Below, piece by piece: positions 9,928 through 17,288 of a stretch of DNA of 17,288 bases. The DNA is from Ginkgo biloba. Its lineage: Eukaryota; Plantae; Ginkgophyta. The first letter of the stretch is position 1; each line of letters begins with the position of its first letter. The DNA lies in contig JANKJI020000002.1 in assembly GCA_024626585.2 (NCBI GenBank), forward strand, positions 6,060,667 to 6,077,954, read 5' to 3'. A program made the translations under genes and the position numbers. The notes under the pieces are model-generated. The model was not told the origin of the DNA. It saw only the letters and a list, made by a program, of their open reading frames with translations, and ran no database searches.

Positions 9928-10110
9928 TAAATAAAATCATTAGGGAAGAAGGTGAGGTTTGGGAGCATCTAGAAAAAATTAAATCATAAGCGATCTCTCA
10001 TTTCCAGACCCTCCTCTAAGAGTAAGGGGATTTTAGGATTGAAGAGCATTAGGACCTTTTAAACACCATCCCATCTATCATCTCCCCCTCTCAAGCAAAA
10101 TCCTTAGAAT
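9928..10110 (+). pseudogene. L1-type LINE ORF2 fragment (between endonuclease and RT)
   Basis: NKIIREEGEVWEHLEKIKS*AISHFQTLL*E...DLLNTIPSIISPSQAKSL resembles the I..L....G.......I....V.HF..L / L..IP..I....N..L region of plant L1 ORF2. Confidence 0.65.
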
Positions 10111-10139
10111 TATATTTCCTAAAGGGATAATAAACCTAG

Positions 10140-10420
10140 TATACTAGTCAAGGCTAACATGTAAGACTTAATAATATATCTAGGCCAAAGATATCCCTCT
10201 ACCATTCCAAGAAAAAAGGAACATATTTATAAGGAATTTAGTGAACATGGTATGATTTCTATGCAACCTTCCTCAACTTGGTCTATGCTCTACCTCTTGG
10301 AGGCATTTTTATCTTCTTCTCAAACTTCAAACTTATTTTGAATCAATGAAAATATATCAATAAATGGTGCTTTGGACACCCTTTGTCAATTTTATTTCTT
10401 GTTCTTAAGTGAATACCCTA
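10140..10420 (-). pseudogene. Possible highly decayed Tat-type pre-RT fragment
   Basis: Weak traces only: IHLRTRNKIDKG and KYVPFFLEW*RDIF(A*IY), similar to EYRDVFAWSY. Confidence 0.3.
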
Positions 10421-10914
10421 TAACTTTATCTTTGAGCACCCCCCCCAAAAAAATAAAAAATAAAAATAAATCCTAGAATTTCCATTTTTCATTCCTAATT
10501 TTAAGGGCATATGTATATGAAAAATATTTGACACTATTAATACCACTTTATGATCAAATTCCTAATTATTCTGAGCTCTAGGGGTATAAACTTAGGTATT
10601 TTATGTTATGGGCATATACCAATATTTAAGTCCTCATTATATCACATAACCTATGTTTGGAAGATTCTACCTTCTGAGTTATGATCACTATCACAAGCTC
10701 ATTAGTGTAAGAGGGAGAAAATGATTGACTTAAACACTCCAAGTTGTGGACCTTTTTCATGGAAGTTTGAACCCCCCTACCTTATTCTAGGTAGAATTTT
10801 TGGATTGCATGTTGGTTAAAGACTTTGTGGGTGTAGTCTTGTTATGATTTTATCAATTAAGTTATTCTTTCTTTCCCTTAAACTATTTCTTCTTAGGATT
10901 AACCTTAGGTGGGG

Positions 10915-11231
10915 GTCTTAGGAGTGGATGATATTTCTTAAAATGTTCAAGCTTATGGAATCTAAAGTAATAAAGAGGAAGGATGAAATAATTAATATTC
11001 TACAAATAAATAACCATTCCATCAAAGATACACACTTCCTCCACTAATGGATTTGAAAGGTCCACCTCAACACATATCGTGTGGGTTGGCCTAGTACTAA
11101 ACTATCATCCTAAGGGTCTTAGTGTAAATATTCCTCTAGGGATGACAATCTTTTCAACAAAGTTCCATAGATTCAAGAGTAAACTAGGTAACTTTATCTA
11201 TACAAGGCATTAGTTTTTATTAGCCACATAT
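10915..11231 (-). pseudogene. L1-type LINE ORF1 remnant (DUF4283 C-terminal part plus decayed zinc knuckle)
   Basis: LV*IKLPSLLLNLWN (cf. PVWIRLPNLPL..W) and ICVEVDLSNPLVEEV...NY..LPLYYFRFHKLEHFKKYHP (cf. RICVEVDLSKPL...YE.LP..C..C...GH....CP). A weaker continuation lies at about 11554-11700. Confidence 0.8.
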
Positions 11232-11553
11232 TGTTAAAATATGAAATCAGAATTGATCCAATCTCACAAATGAACAAGCATAAACACGAGAGATTCAGGT
11301 AGAATTGATCTACCATGACCTTCACATTGCTCATTCAATAAATGTACAAGACCTGATACAAGTATTTATACATAAGAGGTATTGTAACTGACATTTCTGG
11401 ACATGACACTTGTCCAGTAATTCCCGACACTTGTCACCCTAGGCACTGACCCTACGATGACTCGCCCCTTATCTAATTTAATATTATATTAAATATTTGA
11501 CCTTATAACACTAGGTTATAAGTCAGGACATGTAAACATTAATTATTCTAACA
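11232..11553 (-). mobile_element. Solo LTR (322 bp) inserted in the LINE ORF1
   Basis: Terminal inverted repeat TGTTAAAATA...TATTCTAACA (9/10) and homology to the 7769-8102 LTR. No adjacent PBS or PPT. Flanks CATAT/TCTAT match only 3/5. Confidence 0.85.
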
Positions 11554-12649
11554 TCTATCACCAAGCTCCTACCCTAGATTATACAACAGGGAGCCATAGT
11601 AGAGATATCCTCACTAGATGACATTCTCCACCAGATCTTTTAAGACTTTATAGTGGTGGATGATCATAGACAGACTACCTAACCAATTGCAATCATCTTG
11701 CAATTAGTCCCGCCCTCTTTTACATCTAGAAGCATTTGTTGCAATATAGTTGCATTGCTACATTTTATTTATGTTACTGTAGACATTATGATTTTTTACA
11801 TTTACTTCATTGGAGGTACCTTATGCACTCCCCATACATTATTTGTACATGACGTGTCCTAAGACCCATTCTTATAATTTCTTTCTTTCTTTTCTCTCTA
11901 AAACAGTAGAAAGTTCCCAACAATCATATAGGTTGTTCCTGTGGCTAAAGCAAAGCCTATTTCATTTGGGGGGAGGAAACAAGGATGAGTTGCAATATTT
12001 TGAAACATGTCTTCCGCTGCAAAGATCAACCAATTAAAACAAAAGAATAACAAAGAAGCAATGGAAGCCTTTGAAGGACAAGAGGGGGAGTCCAGCTCTA
12101 TGGACAATCAAGCCTTGAAATGAAATCATGGCAACTCTAGCTCCGTAGACATATNNNNNNNNNNNNNNNNNNNNNNNNNNNNNNNNNNNNNNNNNNNNNN
12201 NNNNCATCCTATCTGGTTTTAATTCAGGGCTAGATTAAAAGACGATCAATTCGCAGGGAACGCAAATGGCCTTGCCTATGTTGTGTATGCATGCTCTCAC
12301 TTCACAAGGATTTAGCTCACGACCACTTGCGACCTACATTGCGTTGACTCCATTTGGATTTTTAGTCACTCGGGGTCTATACTGCAAGATAACTACACAG
12401 GAATTAAACCAACAGATAACAAATAATGCCAGACCGAACCACCTCGTCCAATTACTAAATAAAGTACCAAACAAAGAATGAACTTGCCATCAATATCTCT
12501 GAACATCTCATTGATTCGGTACAGCGATTCATAGAGAGCACACTGGGAAGAATGGTGAACCACCATCTCTACTTGTCCTTCTCGATTTGCATTTCATTTA
12601 CTAATATAATAAACGGAAATGAAAATGAGAAAAAAATACACTTACTAAC

Positions 12650-12976
12650 CTTTCCTCTCATTTTATGGCAAGAGATGGGAATGAAAAAAAGATGGGCCTC
12701 ATCAGGACTGGCCGTACGAAACCTGCTCTCCCGAATGTTCTGGAAAAAATAACCTTCGCTCGCATATTTACCAGTCAGCTTCCTCGGGGTTTGAAAGAAT
12801 GTATTTGGATCGCCATCTGGGTAAATATAAACTTTAAATTTTTGATCCATTTCAGCATAATTTCTGGTAAAAACCTCCGGCGAGTGAACAATCGAAGAAC
12901 TAACAGAGGATCCTCCATCATTCGGAGTTTCTGAAATAACCTTTACATCATCAAAGTTGTGCGTATCACATGCTGT
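12650..12976 (-). CDS. Exostosin-family (GT47) glycosyltransferase, exon 2 (At4g38040-like)
   Basis: HSPEVFTRNYAEMDQKFKVYIYPDGDPNTFFQTPRKLTGKYASEGYFFQNIRESRFRT...AHLFFIPISCHKMRGK, followed by a phase-0 donor AAG|GTTAGT at 12650/12649. The acceptor probably lies in the 12977-12986 gap. Orthology is from recalled sequence, not a search. Confidence 0.93.
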
Positions 12977-13104
12977 NNNNNNNNNNACCAATAAATCCCA
13001 AATCCAAAAGTAACCCAAAAAAAAACTTATTCAGTTAAATGGAAATATTTGCCCCGAAAACCAAAAATATTATAATTTTACCATAAATCTTAATAGTAAA
13101 ATAC

Positions 13105-13293
13105 CTGTTGTTCTTGTCGTTCAGTGTGGGTATGGATCGCTTGAGACGCAGTTTGGTGGGAAGGTAAATCCACGCGCAATTGCAGAGATCTGAAGGAAAG
13201 AAAAATGTATGCGAGGAGTGATACAGCTAGCACCGTCACTATCCATCGCTGCGGAGAACAAGCTGCACTGCTGGTATTGTTATTCAGACCCAT
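13105..13293 (-). CDS. GT47 glycosyltransferase exon 1 (cytosolic tail plus type II membrane anchor)
   Basis: MGLNNNTSSAACSPQRWIVTVLAVSLLAYIFLSFRSLQ... has a hydrophobic helix typical of Golgi GTs. Donor CAG|GTATTT at 13105/13104 (63 codons, phase 0). Confidence 0.8.
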
Positions 13294-13630
13294 TCNNNNN
13301 NNNNNNNNNNNNNNNNNNNNNNNNNNNNNNNNNNNNNNNNNNNNNNNNNNNNNNNNNNNNNNNNNNNNNNNNNNNNNNNNNNNNNNNNNNNNNNNTAGAA
13401 AATAAAACTATTAAAAAATAAATTAGCAACAAATTTAAAAAGAAACCTAGAGCGCGGTCCCATGGAGTAGGAATTAAAAAAATTAATAGCCCCACCTCTC
13501 TTCAATGAGCATTTATCCGTTTCTGATCGCATGTTATAAACAATTAAAGCCAAAAAAAAATCGCTGGAATAAATCGATCAGTGAAAGATTTTACTTAATT
13601 CTCCATCAACGGGAAACAGAGACAATCCAA

Positions 13631-13671
13631 AGAACAAGTTACATTGCTGGCATTGTTATTCAGACCCATTC
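13631..13671 (-). repeat. 41-bp duplicate of the GT47 start-codon region (13255-13295)
   Basis: 37/41 identical; all four differences are transitions. Confidence 0.9.
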
Positions 13672-13822
13672 TTTTTTATGCCGAATTTTTCACAGAGATG
13701 TGGCTTTCTGGTATTTATATATCCCGCAATTTTAACTTCAGCAATTTTTTTGTATGTCGAACTCTTCACAGAGATGTGGCTTTTTGGTATTTATAGATCC
13801 CGCAATTTTTATTTGAGCAATC
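13672..13822. repeat. Tandem duplication, 2 x ~76 bp, each with a TATA-like box on the minus strand
   Basis: TTCACAGAGATGTGGCTTT(C/T)TGGTATTTATA(T/G)ATCCCGCAATTTT at 13689 and 13765. Confidence 0.9.
13712..13721 (-). promoter_or_regulatory. Candidate TATA box (TATATAAATA); second copy TCTATAAATA at 13788-13797
   Basis: Consensus match upstream of, and on the same strand as, the GT47 gene. No transcript data. Confidence 0.45.
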
Positions 13823-15093
13823 AGCTTCTATTAACGCTATGACAAAAAACGGATTCCCTCAAGTGACAGCCATAACTCCCTTTTTAGTCACAAAGTGACA
13901 TTTAGGAATCTTAAGGAAGCATGGCTTCCGCGTAAGAAAAAATTTGGGAGCAATACAAATTTCATAGCAGCATTTTATGCAACATAAACTTATATTTCAA
14001 TTTTAGAATATTCTTTGCACTTTCCTTGAGTAGGGTCGCATTAGGTGGTTGTTATATATCTATATCTAAAGAGGTATAGGTTTGGGACAATCTATAATTG
14101 ATTACAAAGAGATGTGAGTTAAAATTAGAGCAAAAGGTTGTATGCATTTTATTTATATTTAATGAGGGATTATGTAGTGCATGAACAATGGAGGGCTTCA
14201 TTTTTTTTTATTTTTTGTTTTGTTGAAAATGAGACTATTTATATTATAATAAAATATCGTAAATATGTACAAAGCTTTCAAGATAGGTCTTCAAAAAATA
14301 GCATAGAGGGCTTAGTCAAAATTTAAAGTAAAATATCATATGAGTTTAATAAAGGAGTAAAGGGAATGGGCTCCTAAACATTATACTGGGAGAGGATAAT
14401 AGGTCTAAAAGAAAATTTGTTATAAAATTCATGAGTTCAAAATCCCCCACTACTAAGATGATTTGGAATCTAGCCCCAAAATATGAAGTGGCATTTTTAA
14501 CATGAGCTCGAGACCGTTGATCTTAGGAGGAAGGAATAAATTTCTTATTAATCACTTCTTCTTTTTTTAAGTAATTATATAAACATTTTATTATACTTTC
14601 AACAAACTAAGTTAAAAGGCTTTCATCTTCTTAATTATAAGTCCAAACCAAAAGGTTATCATCAATTATACAAGTATAATTTTTGTCTCTTGAGTTCCCT
14701 TATGGTAAGCCTATATTAATGTTGAGTTTGGAATTAGTTTACCCACCTTATTAGTAGAAAATTGCTAAGTAGATGGTTTTGAGTTCTTGTAATGAGATTC
14801 TCATATTACTTAGTTAAATTAGGCATTTTTTAAATAAATTACACATAAAAGAAAATCATTAATACCATAAGTATAGTTGCACTAGTAAAAGCATTTTGCC
14901 TTCAAGGAAAGATTCAATTATTACTATATCTCTAATTATACTATAATATTAATTTGTATAATGCAAACAATAATTGTTTAATAAACTTTCACTNNNNNNN
15001 NNNNNNNNNNNNNNNNNNNNNNNNNNNNNNNNNNNNNNNNNNNNNNNNNNNNNNNNNNNNNNNNNNNNNNNNNNNNNNNNNNNNNNNNNNNNN

Positions 15094-15741
15094 GACAACA
15101 ACATCTGATTCAAATCCACTTCTAATTATGTGACCATGGATCCACCTACCTTGTTGCAGAGAAGCCAAATAGGCACATGCCGGGAGCACACTCACCATGG
15201 TGACCAAGTTGGGTTTCATCCCTGCCAGTTGCATTTGATTAAAACATGCCAAGGCCTCATTGGCATGTCCATTCAGGGCATAAGCAGTAATCATTGCACT
15301 CCATGAGACTACATTTCTCTTAGACATTTTGTTGAACAATTGTTGTGCAATCTCTATACTCCCACATTTGGCATACATATCTACAAGGGCAGTTCCCACA
15401 ACATCATCTAACTCAAATCCCCTTCTAATTACACAACCGTGAATCCACTTAGCTTGTTGCAGAGCTGCTAAATGGGCACATGCCTGGACTACACTAACCA
15501 TGGTGACTGGGCTCGGTGCCAAGTCTGTGAGCTGCATTTGATTGAAGAGTATCTAGGCCTCATTGGCATGTCCATGTTGAGTATACCCAGCAATCAATGC
15601 ACTCCAGGATACCACATCTCTTTTTGACATTTTGTCAAACAGTTGACATGCAGTCTCTAATCTCCCACATTTAGCATACATGTCTATCAGGGCAGTTCCC
15701 ATAACATCATCTAAATCAAATCCATTTCTAATCATGTAATT
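15094..15741 (-). pseudogene. PLS-class pentatricopeptide repeat (PPR) gene fragment with an in-frame stop, 5'-truncated
   Basis: (L)-S-P-L-S-P-L motifs: GTALIDMYAKCG, VVSWSALIAGY, VTMVSVVQACA..WIHG. ORFs 15553..15735 and 14989..15537 share one frame, separated by TAG at 15553-15555 where the next triplet has TTG (HANEA* vs HANEAL). The sequence runs into the gap at 15093. Confidence 0.9.
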
Positions 15742-17288
15742 ACATCTATTTCATTTACTTGTTATCTTTAGGTAAAAGTGCAAGAAAAAAATTACAGGGA
15801 ATTGATTCCTTATATTACCAAAAGAATCCCACTAAACCAAGAAGGGGAAACCCAAAGTAGGAGTAGGAGCAAGAGTAAGAGCGGAGGTGGAGGAGGTTAT
15901 AGAAGGGTTAGTAGCAAATATTTTCCTCCCAAGCCCAAGCCCTCACAAGATAGTTGGGGGAAAATCCATTTAATAATCTTGTCCATCTCTTCAAATAAGG
16001 ACAATAAGTTTAAGATGATGGTTGAGGGGGCTCTAGTTGGGGTGATTATAATGATGATGTTGTTGGTACTGACGTAGTCCCCCCATTTAAATTTCTTCAC
16101 TTCTATATGATATTTCCTAACTTAAAGGACATGTATTATCCTTAATGGAAGTTTTGAGTTGAATTCCATGAGAGTGCATCTATACCACATTATTTTATTG
16201 TACCATATATAATTTTTTTGATTAATAAAATCATATTTTTGTAATAATATGCCACACACACACATGTTGCTACATAGCCACTAAAGTTTGCCTTTTTATA
16301 GTTGTCACAATGATTGTATTCGAAAAATTAATTTACTCTTTATATCCGAGTAGTTAAAGATGGTCCTCTTAGGGGTATCACTCATCTCTTGGAAGAATTA
16401 GTAGTTTTTATTTTATTGTTGTAAAATTATGGCTCTTGTTACATGGGCCTATCCAAAAGTATTTGGCATAGATTAATAGTGGTTTGCTCAACACTAATTT
16501 GAGATTTTATAGTAAGAAAAAATTATAAGTAGACATAAAATCCAAGTATAAATTAATATATTTTGATTTGTTATATATTCTAATGTCTAAAGAGCTAAGA
16601 GTTAATCTTCCTCTTTGTTTTATATATGGTGCCTTCCAATCCTTTTTCTTCAAATATTTAANNNNNNNNNNNNNNNNNNNNNNNNNNNNNNNNNNNNNNN
16701 NNNNNNNNNNNNNNNNNNNNNNNNNNNNNNNNNNNNNNNNNNNNNNNNNNNNNNNNNNNNNNNNNNNNNNNTGAATAATGAAGGCTTCTTTGTATTAATT
16801 ATTTTATCTAATATTAATGAAAATAATGAAAAGTAAATGTTAACCAGAGAAATTCTTCCTTTATTAGTTCTAGTGAGAGTCATGTCATCTATAAACACTT
16901 TATGTACTATTAAGATCCAATTTAAATCCTTGTATCTCTAGATCTCAAACTAATCTTTGGATAATTCCATAAAACAAGGCTATCACCAATGTATAAACTA
17001 TAGGTGATAAGGGATAACCTTATCTNNNNNNNNNNNNNNNNNNNNNNNNNNNNNNNNNNNNNNNNNNNNNNNNTAGACATTTTGATAGTTTGGGTATAAG
17101 AGGACACATGCTTCCCTATTTTGAAGGAACACCTTTTTCTAGGAGAGTTAAGATAAGATATAACCATTATACTCCATCAATTCATGATAACCTTTAGGTT
17201 TGTAGCAAAAGTTCAATTTTGTTTAATAAAGTGGAATACGTCTTATATTACTATTATAATGTCTTATATCATCCTTCCTTTTTTAAAT

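Noticed and set aside
7527-9932. Single element 7532-9927 with CAAAT/TAAAT TSD
   Set aside because: The left flank does not translate as the LINE ORF2 seen on the right, and a 4/5 AT-rich match is weak.
14196-14540. LINE 3' end (RNase H-like VVGDFELM plus an A-rich tail on the minus strand)
   Set aside because: A single short motif in AT-rich DNA; insufficient support.
15553-15555. PPR stop codon rescued by U-to-C editing or readthrough
   Set aside because: This is a nuclear locus, editing would give Gln rather than the conserved Leu, and the 5' end is missing anyway.
15778-16140. ORFs 15778..16077 (+, SR/G-rich) and 15897..16100 (-, faint Helitron helicase-like IIKWIFPQL)
   Set aside because: Low-complexity sequence with no diagnostic motif I can confirm. 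BLASTX would be needed.
1961-17072. Many listed ORFs containing X runs
   Set aside because: They are artefacts of translating through N gaps.

Overview
AT-rich, gapped (N-run) plant nuclear DNA. It is most likely a gymnosperm, an inference from the PLS-PPR style, the Tat-type protease-aRH order and an apparently very long TE-filled intron. The host gene is a minus-strand exostosin/GT47 glycosyltransferase resembling Arabidopsis At4g38040. Only exon 1 (13105-13293) and exon 2 (12650-~12976) are visible, and I found no next exon in the 12.6 kb downstream. That 12.6 kb is a mosaic of decayed, nested retroelements: a Tat-clade Gypsy protease plus extra RNase H, chromovirus-type RT and integrase pieces in both orientations, three LTR+tRNA-iMet PBS junctions, a solo LTR inside a LINE ORF1, and a LINE ORF2 piece. 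Upstream of the gene are a duplicated start-codon region, a tandemly duplicated TATA-containing unit and a 5'-truncated PLS-class PPR pseudogene with an in-frame stop. I see no convincing new biological system. The oddest signal is two independent LTR-PBS units that both end 43-52 nt after the PBS in '...CCCCAT...TACA' and abut unrelated sequence.
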